Part shown: positions 17,803 to 29,200 of the stretch, one piece after another
Position numbering within the stretch: position 1 is the stretch's first letter
Layout: every line of letters begins with the position of its first letter
Source of the DNA: Trueperaceae bacterium
Lineage (GTDB): Bacteria; Deinococcota; Deinococci; Deinococcales; Trueperaceae
Assembly (NCBI GenBank): GCA_965213925.1
Contig: OZ243927.1
Location: forward strand, 1,984,001-2,048,000
Length of the DNA: 64,000 bases
Direction of reading: 5' to 3'
The notes under the pieces: model-generated
Database searches by the model: none
What the model was told of the DNA's origin: nothing
What the model saw: the letters and a program-made list of their open reading frames with translations, nothing else
Program-made: the position numbers and the translations under genes

Positions 17803-18606
17803 CTAGCCATACGTCTTTCCCTCGTCGCGCCGATACGCCCACGCCGCGACGAGCAAGAAGAAGGTCGTAAAGCCCAACAAGGCCGCGACGTGCGTCCACG
17901 CCTCACCGCGCGCGACGCCGAGCGTGCTGAGCGCTAATTCTGCGAGGTGATAGGGCGGCAAGTAGGGCGCGGCGCTTTGCAAAAAGGCGGGCAGTTGCGC
18001 GACCGGGACCCACAACCCCGAGGCGAAGACCATCGGCAAGTAGATGAGGTTGACCACGGCGGGCGCGGCGTTCGGTCCGACCAGGTAGCCGATAGCTAAA
18101 CCCATCGCGCAGAAGGGCAATACGCCGACTAAGAGCACGCCGAAGAGGGACAGCCAGGTCGAGAGCGGCAGCCGCACCTCGCCGACGAAAAAGCCGAGCG
18201 TAAAGAGGCCTAGCACGACGAGGCAGCCGAACAGGAGCGCCATGATGACCTTCGCGCTGAAAAACGCTGCTAAGGGCATCGGCGAGGCGCGTTTCAGGCG
18301 CATCCAGCCCTGCCCGCGCTCCGTCGCCACGCCCACCCCGAAGCCGAAGAGCGCCACGCCGATCACGCCGAACGCGCCGTAGGTCGCGAGCATGTAGGTG
18401 CTAACGTCTATAGGACCCGCCGACTGGTTTCCAAAAGTCAGCCCGAAGATAACGTAGAACATGAGCGGAAAGGCGAGGGTAGGCACGGCGTAGGCGGGCA
18501 TCCGCCAGAGCTTTAAGAACTCGTACTTGGCTTCCAGGACGTAGACCCGCCGCAGGTCGCGCTTCGTTGCCGTTTTCTCGAGTGAGGTTGCGGGGCGCGT
18601 CGTCAC
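17803..18606 (-). CDS. ABC-2 type exporter permease (YvfS-like)
   Basis: About six TM segments, ERGQGWMRLKRASP; in an operon with the ABC ATPase and DesK/R. Confidence 0.88.
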   Translation of the reverse strand: MTTRPATSLEKTATKRDLRRVYVLEAKYEFLKLWRMPAYAVPTLAFPLMFYVIFGLTFGNQSAGPIDVSTYMLATYGAFGVIGVALFGFGVGVATERGQGWMRLKRASPMPLAAFFSAKVIMALLFGCLVVLGLFTLGFFVGEVRLPLSTWLSLFGVLLVGVLPFCAMGLAIGYLVGPNAAPAVVNLIYLPMVFASGLWVPVAQLPAFLQSAAPYLPPYHLAELALSTLGVARGEAWTHVAALLGFTTFFLLVAAWAYRRDEGKTYG

Positions 18607-19577
18607 GCGGCTGCCCTCGCTGCCTGTTCGTTTCCAGTTTCTCGCCTCTCGGTGAGGGCGAAAAAGGCTTCTTCTAAACCTGCGCCCGTCACCTCTAAAC
18701 CTCGCAAGTCCGGGTCGCGCTGCAACAGCGCCCGGACGACGGGCTCCGCCTCCGTCACGAGCAGCGTCAACGCTGCGCCGTCCCGCGCCGCCGAGACGAC
18801 GCCAGGCAGCGCAGACACGTCTTGCTTACAGAGCCGCGTCACGCAGCGAATACGCCGCCCCGCCGCTCTGGACTTAATTTCGGCGGGCGACCCCTCAGCG
18901 ATGATTTCGCCGTCACGCATCACGGTGATGCGGTCCGCCAGCGCGTCCGCCTCCTCCAAATAGTGCGTGGTCAGCACGACCGTCTTGCCGCGCCCGGTAA
19001 ACCTACGTATCTGCTGCCAAAAGGCGCGCCTCGAGCCCGCGTCTAAGCCCACCGTCGGCTCGTCCAAAAAGAGCAGGTCGGGGTCGCCGCAGAGCGCTAA
19101 AGCAAAATGTAAACGCTGCTTTTGACCGCCGGAGAGCCTTCCGTAAGCGCGGTTTTCCAAGCCTTCCAGTCCCGCGATGTGCAGGGTCTCTCGTAGAGCC
19201 AAAGGTCGCGGATAGTAGCTGCTGAACAGCTCGAGGTGTTCGCGCACCTTCAAGGTCTCCGGCACGCCCGAAATCTGCAACATCGCGCCCGTACGCATCC
19301 GGCTCTCTGCGCTCCGCGGGTCGCCGCCAAAAAGTCTCGCCGCCCCCCTGGTCGGCTGCAAAAGTCCGAGCATGAGGTTGACGGTGGTGGTCTTGCCCGC
19401 GCCGTTGGGTCCTAGTATCGCGACGACCTCGCCGGGGCGGACCTCTAAACTGACCTCCCTAAGCGCCCATACCTCGCCGTAGCGTTTGCTCACTCGCTCC
19501 AGTGAGGCGACCTCGCATTTGGTTTTAGATGCTGTCAAGGTCGTTTCAGCCGCTTCGTAGGTTTGCGCCGTATCCAT
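18603..19577 (-). CDS. ABC transporter ATP-binding protein (YvfR-like)
   Basis: GPNGAGKTT, LSGGQ, LDEPT, TTHYLEEA. Confidence 0.92.
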   Translation of the reverse strand: MDTAQTYEAAETTLTASKTKCEVASLERVSKRYGEVWALREVSLEVRPGEVVAILGPNGAGKTTTVNLMLGLLQPTRGAARLFGGDPRSAESRMRTGAMLQISGVPETLKVREHLELFSSYYPRPLALRETLHIAGLEGLENRAYGRLSGGQKQRLHFALALCGDPDLLFLDEPTVGLDAGSRRAFWQQIRRFTGRGKTVVLTTHYLEEADALADRITVMRDGEIIAEGSPAEIKSRAAGRRIRCVTRLCKQDVSALPGVVSAARDGAALTLLVTEAEPVVRALLQRDPDLRGLEVTGAGLEEAFFALTERRETGNEQAARAAA

Positions 19578-19631
19578 AGAGACCTCCTGAACGTCACTAT
19601 GAAGGTGCTCGCCGAGCGGCGCTAGTCGAAC

Positions 19632-19662
19632 CTGTCAGGAACCGCTGGTGACAGATGTCATG
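19632..19662 (-). promoter_or_regulatory. Putative response-regulator operator of the ABC/DesKR operon
   Basis: Palindrome TGACA-GA-TGTCA (19649-19660) plus a further TGACAG half-site, upstream of CATAGT and the AGGAGG SD on the minus strand. Confidence 0.55.
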
Positions 19663-19671
19663 TGGACGGGG

Positions 19672-20097
19672 CTAAGCGCCCCACCAGACGCTGAGATCGG
19701 GCACTCCGGTAAAGACTTCGTCACTCGAGACCAGCGCGAGTTGCTCGCTCACCGCTTGCGCAGCTAAGGCGCGGTCAAAGGGGTCTTTGTGTAAATACTC
19801 TAACCCCCCTTCTGCAAGCGCATGAACGCTCGTAAAAGGGAGTTCGCTAAAGCCGTATTGAGCCAGGCGGAGATGAAAGTTTTCGTAGAGCGTCTTCGCT
19901 TGAGGTAGCTTGCCAAGGCGAACCTTAATCGAGATTTCCCACGCGCTGATAGAAGAGACAAAGATGCGCTGCTCGGTATCGCGCAGGCGCTCTAGTACGC
20001 TCTCTGGCAACCTTTCTGGGTTGACGCTGTACCAGATGAGCGCGTGCGTGTCGAGTAAGAGCGTCTTTTCTTTGGGCGACGTTTCACCTCTACTCAC
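19672..20097 (-). CDS. PIN-domain toxin (VapC family)
   Basis: LLLDTHALIW, SSISAWEISIK, HKDPFDRALAAQA, LVSSD. Confidence 0.9.
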   Translation of the reverse strand: MSRGETSPKEKTLLLDTHALIWYSVNPERLPESVLERLRDTEQRIFVSSISAWEISIKVRLGKLPQAKTLYENFHLRLAQYGFSELPFTSVHALAEGGLEYLHKDPFDRALAAQAVSEQLALVSSDEVFTGVPDLSVWWGA

Positions 20098-20393
20098 TCG
20101 TTACTGCGTATCTTAGGATTATGCCACAGCGCCAACTCCTCTTCGCTCAGGGGAGCCATTGAACGCTCTACAAAGTCCTCGCCGACCTCTTGGCGGTCTA
20201 GTCCGAAGGGGCGCAGCGCTTTGGGCTTTGCAACGGGCTCGAGCCTCACCAGCGGCGTCCCGTTTCGAGCAATCACGACCTCTTCACCCCGCAAAGCTTT
20301 TTCAACCAACTTCGAAAAGTTCGTCTTCGCCTCGTGCATGTTGACCTGGGTTTTATTTTTCTCCTCATCTTTAGACTTCGCCAGTTTGGACAT
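20094..20393 (-). CDS. Phd/YefM-family antitoxin
   Basis: VNMHEAKTNFSKLVEKALRGEEVVIARNGTPLVRL; 4-bp overlap with the toxin; start moved to ATG 20393. Confidence 0.88.
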   Translation of the reverse strand: MSKLAKSKDEEKNKTQVNMHEAKTNFSKLVEKALRGEEVVIARNGTPLVRLEPVAKPKALRPFGLDRQEVGEDFVERSMAPLSEEELALWHNPKIRSNE

Positions 20394-20507
20394 CGCAACT
20401 TCCTTAGCCCAGTTTAGCATAGTCGGACTAAGAAGCGACACGAGATCGGCAGGCTCATGTGTAGACCAACGAACGAGCACGGGAGCTTCGGCGCTCCTAC
20501 GAAGCGC

Positions 20508-21101
20508 TCAATCTGGCTCGGTGATTTCAACGACGCGACCCTCTTTGGAATGCGTCCAGCCAGGTTTGCCCCACCCCTGCGCGTTGCGCAACCGAATCCC
20601 GCTCGCGTGCAAAGAGGTGCGCCAGACCTCTTTCAGCGGGACGAGACTGTCAACCACGCGAAGTTCAACGTCGTGAGCTTCTAACTCGTCCACTAAATTG
20701 CTCAGCACGTCCATCCGCAAGGGTTCCATGACCTCTTTAGAGACCCACATGCCCGCGTCGTAAAGGTTCTCGAAGGGTTTGGTGGGTAATTCATAGCGGT
20801 AGATTGTGGTGGTTTGAAGGGGCTCGAGCCACGCCTCTTCGACATAGGCAAGTTTTCCGTAAGAACTTCCGCGCCACCAACGTTCGATGTCCTTAGAGGT
20901 TGACTCCGGCGTCGCCCAAAGCAAGATGCGGGGGCAGTCGCGGGGGAAGAGGTACATGGCTTGATGAAATTCGCCGATTGCCCAAACAAGAGGTCCGTTG
21001 AGCCAGTCGAAACCTGCGGGACGCTCTACCAGAACGCGAACGGGACGCGGGACGAAGGTCTGGATGCTGGGGTCTTCGCTGAAGTGGTAGAGGCGCGTCA
21101 T
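20508..21101 (-). CDS. Conserved hypothetical protein (DUF6886-like)
   Basis: MTRLYHFSEDPSI..F.PR, VWAI, YLFPRDCPRI, SGIRLRNA; start moved to ATG 21101. Confidence 0.7.
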   Translation of the reverse strand: MTRLYHFSEDPSIQTFVPRPVRVLVERPAGFDWLNGPLVWAIGEFHQAMYLFPRDCPRILLWATPESTSKDIERWWRGSSYGKLAYVEEAWLEPLQTTTIYRYELPTKPFENLYDAGMWVSKEVMEPLRMDVLSNLVDELEAHDVELRVVDSLVPLKEVWRTSLHASGIRLRNAQGWGKPGWTHSKEGRVVEITEPD

Positions 21102-21184
21102 TCTGAAGAAGTGAGGATGAGGAAGCAAGAAGTGAGAATAGAGAAGCCTATATCCTTCTTGCTTCTTGCTCCTTACTTCTACCT

Positions 21185-21889
21185 TCACCCCTTCGCTGGA
21201 CGCACCGAGAGGTCCGTTACCTCAGCCGTCGGTGGAAGAGAAAGAACACTTGCTACTTGCTGCGCCACATCCTCTGGCTGCACGAACTTTTCGGGGTCAT
21301 AGTCCTTCCCTTCCATCTCGTGAACGTAGCGTTGCATCGGGCTCGCCACGCGCCCAGGGTAAATGCTCACCACGCGCACCCCGTCCGGCTTGACCTCCGC
21401 GCGGAGTGAGTCGGCGAGGGCTTTTAAGCCGTGCTTAGAAACCGCGTAGCTGCTCCAGTTGGCTTTCGCGTTGAGACCCGCGCCCGAGTTGATGAAGACG
21501 ATTTGCCCTTTGGCTTGTTTGAGCGAGGGGAGAAGTTTTTGTGTCAAGAGGTAGGGCGCGCGCAGGTTGACGCGGTACTGTTTGTCCAAATCTTCAGCGG
21601 AGGTCTCCGCAACCGGAGCAAGCGACACTGCGCCTGCGCTGTGGACGAGAACGTCGATCCCGCCGAGTTCGCTGAGCGCCGCCGCGACCTCTTCCAACTG
21701 GTCATCCTCGGCTAAGTCGACCTGGTGGATGACCGCCTCGCCGCCTGCGTCTTCAACCGCTTGGGCGACCTCTTGTAGGCGGTCTTCGCTCCGCCCCAAA
21801 AGGTGCAAAGAGGTTTCAGAATGAGCGAGTGAGTGCGCAACGGCTTTGCCGATGCCGCTACTCGCGCCTGTGATAACGACCTGCTTCAC
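21185..21889 (-). CDS. Short-chain dehydrogenase/reductase
   Basis: TGASSGIG, HSAG, YAVSK. Confidence 0.9.
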   Translation of the reverse strand: MKQVVITGASSGIGKAVAHSLAHSETSLHLLGRSEDRLQEVAQAVEDAGGEAVIHQVDLAEDDQLEEVAAALSELGGIDVLVHSAGAVSLAPVAETSAEDLDKQYRVNLRAPYLLTQKLLPSLKQAKGQIVFINSGAGLNAKANWSSYAVSKHGLKALADSLRAEVKPDGVRVVSIYPGRVASPMQRYVHEMEGKDYDPEKFVQPEDVAQQVASVLSLPPTAEVTDLSVRPAKG

Positions 21890-22740
21890 GCCTCACCGCG
21901 AAGGTGCCGAATCGCGCCTTCTAAGTCGCCGCTGCCTGCGACGCTGCTGCCGACTAGAACGGCGTCAGCCACGCCGCGCAAGTCACGAAGTTGCTCCGGC
22001 GTGCTGTAGCCTGACTCGGCGACGAGCAGACCGTCAAAGCTCTCGCCTCTAGCTTTTTGAATCAATTTAGGTGCGTTGTTTAGGTCGATCTCGAGCGTCC
22101 GCAAATCCCGATTATTCACCCCGATGATCTTGGCGTCGGCGGAGAGCGCAAGGTCTAATTCTGCCTCGTCGTGGACTTCGACAAGCGCGTCTAACTCTAA
22201 GCGCTCCGCTAGGTCTAAGTACGCTTTTAAGTGCTCTCCCAAGACAGCGACGATGAGGAGTACGGCGCTTGCACCGGCTCGTTTTGCTTCTAAAAGCTGT
22301 GCGGGATGCACGGTGAAGTCTTTACGCAGAAGAGGGGGCGGGGCGACGCTAGCGACCTCTTCTAGATGCTCTAGCGAGCCCCCGAAGTGACGCGGCTCGG
22401 TGAGGATGCTTAAAGCCGCCGCGCCGCCGCGCCAGTACGCGCAGGCTGCTTGGGCGGGGTTCAAGTCGGCAATCGTCCCGAGAGAAGGGGAAGCGCGTTT
22501 AACCTCCGCGATAATGCTAACCTCTTCGCCCTGTAACGCTCTATAAAAGCTCGGTCTCTGCGGAAGGTTCAAGTCGAGAGGTTCAATCTGGGCGTTGTTA
22601 TAGTCCAGCAGGCGCTCCAAGGAAATCTGCCCTAAGACGCCGGGCACGGTGGTGACTCGCTCGAGCGTCAGGGGTAAAACATCACCGAGATCAGTACGTG
22701 TGGAAGCCTTCAAGGTTGCCCCCCTCTCCCCAGGACACAT
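21886..22740 (-). CDS. trpC: Indole-3-glycerol-phosphate synthase (true start probably further downstream)
   Basis: IIAEVKRASPS, LRKDF, LVEVHD, IGVNNRDL, VAESG. Confidence 0.92.
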   Translation of the reverse strand: MCPGERGATLKASTRTDLGDVLPLTLERVTTVPGVLGQISLERLLDYNNAQIEPLDLNLPQRPSFYRALQGEEVSIIAEVKRASPSLGTIADLNPAQAACAYWRGGAAALSILTEPRHFGGSLEHLEEVASVAPPPLLRKDFTVHPAQLLEAKRAGASAVLLIVAVLGEHLKAYLDLAERLELDALVEVHDEAELDLALSADAKIIGVNNRDLRTLEIDLNNAPKLIQKARGESFDGLLVAESGYSTPEQLRDLRGVADAVLVGSSVAGSGDLEGAIRHLRGEA

Positions 22741-22984
22741 CGACGTCTTCGACTTCGGCGTGAGCGGGTCCGCGCTTAAGTTGGTGCAAAAGTGCTTCTA
22801 GGTCGTTACGCTCGCCCTCCGCGACGATCTCGACGCGCCCGTCGTCTAAGTTTTCGGCGTAGCCGCTCAGGTCCATGTCGAGCGCGTGGCGGCGGGTAAA
22901 GGCGCGAAAGCCCACCCCCTGCACGTCGCCCGCAATCAGCACGGTCATGCGCGTATGTCCAGTATGTTCATCTTTACTTGTCAT
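22691..22984 (-). CDS. acyP: Acylphosphatase
   Basis: GDVQGVGFR, GYAENLDDGRVE, GP. Confidence 0.9.
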   Translation of the reverse strand: MTSKDEHTGHTRMTVLIAGDVQGVGFRAFTRRHALDMDLSGYAENLDDGRVEIVAEGERNDLEALLHQLKRGPAHAEVEDVDVSWGEGGNLEGFHTY

Positions 22985-23276
22985 CTCGCCTCCAGCGCGT
23001 CCGCGAAGGAGCGCCCTTATCTATCCGGCTTCGTTAATGAAAGGAATTGACACTTTACTTTAGGTAACTTGGTTGCTACCCCTTTACAGTCTAAAACATC
23101 CGCGGCGCTTGAGGGCGAAAGAGAGGATGCGGAACGAGATTTTCCGTGCTCCTCCCTTTTTCGAGCTTCATCAAACCTTGAGAAAAAATGCACTGCGCAC
23201 GGCGGGGTGTGCGCTCCTGGTTCACAGTAGTGTTATCCTAATGAGCAATTCACGCTTGTACGTGAAGCTATCTCTT

Positions 23277-26200
23277 ATGTCCCAACCGAGTCGCGAACGT
23301 TCCAACGGAGTTTTGAGTGCCCTAAGAGGCGCGCGCGTTAAAAAGCGCGTGCTCGTTCCTGTGGCGCTATGTGCGCTCGTGCTGGCGCTCTACTTCGTCC
23401 CGCAACTACCCCCGGTAAGAGGGTGGGTGCTCTCGAGGGTGCAAAACGTCGTCTCTAATCTAGGCTATGACCTCTCGTACGCGCGGAGCGCGGGCAACTT
23501 GTGGCACGGCGCGACGTTGCGCGGCGCGGAGGTCACGGGACCAGGGGTGGATACGCGCTTAGAGCGGCTCTCGCTGGACTACAACCTGCTCGGGCTCTTC
23601 GCCGGGCGCTTCCCCTTTTCGGTCTCGGCGGCGGACGTGTCGGGCGACATCAACCCGCAAGAGGTCGAAGTGCCCCGTGGTGGTGGCGGCGTGCCGATTC
23701 GCCCGGTGCTGCGCGACGTGGACGTAAGCGGCGTCAATCTTAATATCAACGACGTGCCCTACACGCTTCCTGATCTGAGCGTCGCCGACCTCAACGTGAA
23801 CGATACCGAAAACGGCTTGAACGCCGCCGCGACGCTCGCGACGCCGCAAGGCGAGGCGCAAGTGGACGCGGACGTGGCGTTTTCGCCTCTACAAGTTGAC
23901 GCCCGCTTGCCCCGTGTCGATCTGGCGATGGCGAAACACTACTTTGGAGGCGTCGAGGGCGGGCAAGCGTCGGGCACCGTGACCTACGCGGACGGCGCAA
24001 CGCGGGCGGACTTAGACGTGACCGAGGGCGCGGTCACGGTCGTCGGCACGACGATTACGGGGCTGTCCGGACCTGTGAACTATGAAGGACAGGAGATAAC
24101 CGCCGACCTCACCGGACGCGCCCTCGGCGGCGACGTGCAGGGCGACGCGGTAGTCGATATCTCTGCGCAGCAGTGGCGAGCCGATGTAACGGGTAACGCG
24201 CAACTCAGCGAGGCGGCGGCGTGGTTGGCGCAAGGCAACCTGCCCGAAGACGTCGTCACGGGCGACGCCGACGTGTCGCTCTCGCTCGCGGGCTGGCAGC
24301 AGATCGACCTCACAGGTCAGGCACAGGGGCGGGGTGAGGTGTTCGGCAAACCTCTGAATGACCTCAATGTTGACTTTGGCTTCGAGACGGAAACGGGCAC
24401 GAATGTCCAGGCGAACGGCACGCTTATGGGCGGACCTTTTACGGCGAACTTGACCCCTTTGGAGGGGGGCGGTTTCGGTATTCAGGCGCAAGCTGACGGG
24501 GTAGGCGTGACCGAGCAGTTCAGGGCGAACGTGCGGGCGGACCTGCGGCAGTCGGAGGGGCTGACGGGGGACGCGCTCCTGGAGCTGTCCGGCACCGCCG
24601 CAGGTCGCGAACTGTCCCTCAACGCGGACGCGGTAGCCTTGGAGGGCGGCGGCTGGAACATAGACCTCTCGGGCGGTGACGACTTAGGCGCGACGCTGAG
24701 CGGAGAGGTCGCGCTGCGCGGTGAAGAGGTCACGGGCGACCTGAGGGCGCAAAGGGTGAGCTTAGAAGGCACCCCTGTCCAAGCTGAACCCCTCAACGCG
24801 GTGCTGAGCGCGGACGGCACGCTGAGCGAGCTTCCCGTGACGCTCCGCTTAGGAACGCAGAACGCCCTCACGCCGAGCGTAGCGGGGGTTGAACTGGCGA
24901 GCGACCTCTCGGGGGAGGCGCGCGCCGTTTTAGACGGTACGAACCTGCGCGACCTCTCCGCGCGGTTCGGACCGCTCGTCGCAGAGGGCGCGTTCGACTT
25001 GGCGCAGCAGACGGGGCGGCTCGAGTACGCCCTCGATGACCTCAGTTTAGACGGGCGGGTGCAGGGCAGTCTCAGTTTGCAAGGGGGGGTGCTCGAGCGA
25101 AACGAAGACGCGCTCACGAGTCAAGTCACCGTCGACGCCACAGACCTCGTCGCGTTCGGCGTTTCACCTTTTGACCTGAATGCTGATGTGTCCCTAGAAG
25201 GCGCGTCCCTGGAAAACGCGCAAGACCTCACGGGCACCGTAGACGGCGTGCTCGCCTTTACCGAGGACGCAACGCTAGACCTCTCGGGCACCTTCCGCGA
25301 CCTCTCGGTGACGGGCACGCTGCCTGCCGACCTCCTGGTCGCCTCGGACGCGGTTACCTTAAATGGTGACGTGCGGCTGGACGCGCAGGCGAACCTCTTG
25401 GAGCCGAGTTATGGCTTAGAAACCGTGTGGGGAACAGCCGAGCAGTCTTTTGAACTCAAGGCTCAGGGCCGGGGAGGGCAAGCTGAAGGAACATTCAGCG
25501 CCGAGGGATTAGACGGAACGTTCTCGACGCAGGGAGGTCCGCAAGCTCGGCTCGAGGCGGACGGTTTCACCCTCTCACCTTTCCTGGCGCAGCCCAACGT
25601 CAACGCCACTTTAGACGGCTCGCTCAGCTATACGGGCGGCTGGGACGGCGCGCTCACCGCGCAAGTGGACGCGCCCTTAGACGCCACGGCGCGGCTTGTC
25701 GGCGCAGGCGACGCGCTGAGGCTGGAGGCGCAAACCGCTCAAGGTGCTTTAGATGCCTCCGTGAACGCTTCCGTGTCGGGGCAGGTTTTGCCCGCGCTCG
25801 AGCTGGATGTGAATGCGAGCGCAGCACAGAGGGCACAGCTTAGAGGCACGCTGAATAGAACTTCGTTTGACGGCACCTTGCAGACGCAAGCGGTAGAGAC
25901 GCCGCAGGCGAGCGTGGACGCGCAGAGTGCGCAGGTGCAGGCGTCGCTGTCGGACGGATTATCCGCGCAGCTTAGCGGCGAGAATATCGACCTCAACCTG
26001 AATGGTGGAACGTGGACGGGGAACGTCGATCTGCCGTTCACCTTGCGCGGCGAAGCCCACACCCTCCAAGCTTCGGTCTCGGGGCAGACGGCGACGCCGC
26101 AAGTTGACGGAAACGTGCAGGGTCCGCTCGTGCAGGGTCCGGTCAGCGCGAGTCGGCAGGGCGGGCAAGCCTCCCTGAACGTGGACGCCGCGCCCTTTCT

Positions 26201-29200
26201 CCCTACGGAGGACGCGCAGCTTAGCGCCGACCTCTCGTTCTCGCAGGATTTGTCGTGGAACGCCGAGGTCACGGGCGACGGGACGTATCGGGGCGCGCCC
26301 GCCGGCGTACAGGCGACGGTTTCGGGTGAGGGTCAGAATTACAGAGGTGAGGGCGCGTTGCGCGTGCGTGACGGCAGGGTCCCGTTTCAGGTGAGCGGGT
26401 CGGGCGGGGACGTGGAGGCGAGCACGCAGCTTGACACCTTCGACCTCGCCAACGTGCAGGGGCTCGTGCCGGGCTCGCCGACGGGGACCGCCTCGGGCAC
26501 GGCGCGCTTCAGCCGCACGGGTGACGGGCTCAGCTACGGCGCCGACTTGACCGCTTCGGGCACGGCGCAAGGAAGACCGCTCGACGTGCGCGTCCGCGCG
26601 GACGACGAAACGGGTGTGGACATCACGGGCGAGGTCGCGGGGACGAGGGTCGCACTGGGCAACGCGGCGAGCGGCGAGGCGAACACCTATGACCTGTCCT
26701 TAGACGAAGGTCCGCTGACACTCCAAGCGCAAGTGAGGGCGGGGGAGAGGTTGAGCGTAACCGGGGACGGCACCTTCCAAGGTGAGCCGCTGAGCGTGGC
26801 GGGGTCGCTCGAGCCCGCCACCTTCACAGGCGACCTCAGCGCGACTTTGGGCGACGCGACGCTCGATGTGGACGCCACAGCTCAACAGATACAGGGCGAC
26901 CTCAGCGCGCCTAACGGCGTGTTGAACGTCGCGCAACCCTTCAGCGCCGACTTTCGCGCGTCGCGCGAGAACGGGCAGTTCGCGCTGACCTCTCTGAGCG
27001 CCGCGTTACCGCAGAGCGACCTCGCGTTATCGCTCGCGGGTCCTGCTTGGCCCAGAGCGAACCTCGCGGGCAGCTTGCGAACGGGCGTGCTGAATGAGCC
27101 TATTGAGGTCGGCTTTAGGCAAGAGGACGGGTATCTCCTGCTTTTAGAGCCGGGCGACTTGGTGCTGCTCGCGGACCTCTCGCCGAGCTTCGCTCTGGAA
27201 TCGCTCCTGGCGGAGGGGTCGCTCGAGGTCGCCAACACGAACCTCGTCAGTGACCTCGCGTGGCGCTCTGAAACGGGCTTCTCCGGCGAGGCGCAAGCGG
27301 TGTTCGCGCAGGGCGAGGCGAACGCCGCTTTGACGCTCGCGGGTCAGGGTGATCTCGAGGTGTCGGGTCTGGTCGGCTACAGCGGCGAAGAGGTCGCGAC
27401 GCTTCAAGCCGCGCTGAGCCGCGCGCCCTGGCGTGATGGGAGCGTCGCGGGCAGCGTGAACGTGGCTGCGCCCGTAAACGACCTCAGCGCGGCGTATCCC
27501 GGCGAGCCGCTCGCGCTGAGGAGCGACCTGACGCTCGGCGGCACGCTGAGTCAGCCTAACCTCGCGGGTCCGGTGACGCTTGAAGGTGCGCTAGAAGCGG
27601 TGGGCGCGTTACGGGCGTCGCGTGAGGGCGCGACCTTCAATTTGGAAGGGGAGGACTTAGTGGCAGCGGCGCAAGCCGCGCCGCAGGGCTGGACGTTCTC
27701 CCTAGACGCTGACGCGCTGGGCGTACAAGACCTCTTGCCGCCTTTGGACGCGCCACGCTTGTCGGCGCAACTTCGGGGCGAGGGCACGTGGGGCGGCTCG
27801 CCGAACGTGCGGGCGGAGACGCTCCTCCTGGAAACCGTGCGCAGCCGCGTGGCGGGCGAACTCCTCTATGACGGCGCGCTCTTCGCGCCCTTAGACCTCA
27901 GGGTGAACTTGGCGGAACTAGGTGACCTGCGCGGCGAGGTGGCGGGCTCTCTCCTCATCGGCAGCGCGACCTCTTTGGAAGGGACGCCGCTCTCGGGCGC
28001 TCTGGTCGTGCGAGACGCGGGTCTCGCCGAGGCTCCCTGGAGCTTGGCGGGCGCGCTGGACCTAGGCGGCACGCTCGCCGCGCCGACCTTGGAAACGCGC
28101 TTGGAGGGAACGGGCAGCGCGACAGGCGACCTCACGGCGCGCCTGGAGCCGGGGCGCTACGCCGCGCTGACGAGCACGTTGGCGCTCGGGGCGTTCGGGA
28201 GCGACTTGCGCTTGCGCTTGCGCTTGGGCGAGTTGGCGGCGGGGGGACAGCTCGCCTTCGCCGACTACGCCCTCGCGCTGAGCACCCCCGACGCGCTGCC
28301 CGAGAACACGGTCCTGCTCTCCGGCAACGAGAAGTTGGCGGGCTGGCGCGGCGTGGTGAGCACCGAAGCGGCGCAGCTCACGGGCGAGCTGGGAAGTTTG
28401 TCGCCGCAACTTGGAGGCGCGGTGAGCCTCGAGGCGGCTTGGGGGTCTGAAACGCGCGTGGCGGGCTCGTTCACCGACTTACGGGTAGGGTCCTTTGCGC
28501 TGGGCGACCTCATCCTCGACTCGGAGCGTGCGGCGGGAAGTTTAGAGAGGCTCACCTTACAAGGCGACGTTCTCAGCGCGGCGCTCGACTTGATGGGTAC
28601 TCCGGCGTGGCAGCTCTCGCGCCTCGAGCTGCCCCTTCCCAGCGACAGCACGCTCGTCGCGGAAGGGTCGGGGACCTTTAACGAGGGGTCGCTAGACGCG
28701 GCCCTTTCGGGTACCCTCTCCGGCGAAACGCTTCAGGTGCCGCTCGCGGTGCGCTACGGGGACGAAGGTCTCGCCGTGCGGTCTCAGGCGGACCTCTTGT
28801 CGGGCACGCTGGATTTGGATGCACGTTACAGCATGTTAGAGGGCGCAACGGGCGGCTGGTCGGGTCAGTTGGCGCTGCTAGGCGTCACCTTGCAAAACGC
28901 GACTGCGGACGTGCAGGGTGCGCTTTCGGGCGCGCTCTCTGCGCCGACCTTAGACGGTACGCTCTCCCTGACGCAAGCACAGAACACCTTGGAAGGCACC
29001 TTTTTAGCGCGTCCGGGCGAGGTGCGCCTCGAGCAACGTTTAGCCTCACCCCTTCTCGCGGAGCCGCTCGCGCTGACCGGGAGCTTAGCGCCCCTCGAGC
29101 TAGCGCTAAGCGTCTCGCCGCAAAATCAGCTCGTCGTCTCACGCGAAGAGGGCGTGCTGGCGGCGTCCGGGGCGCTGGCGCTGGGTACGGGGCCGGCGCA

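Noticed and set aside
19672..20393. Toxin-antitoxin pair as a marker of a prophage or mobile element
   Set aside because: No integrase, phage genes or flanking repeats; it looks like an ordinary chromosomal type II pair.
28205..28226. CTTGCG tandem in the TamB-like gene as a phase-variation tract
   Set aside because: The unit is 6 bp, in frame and has only about three copies, so it cannot switch the frame.
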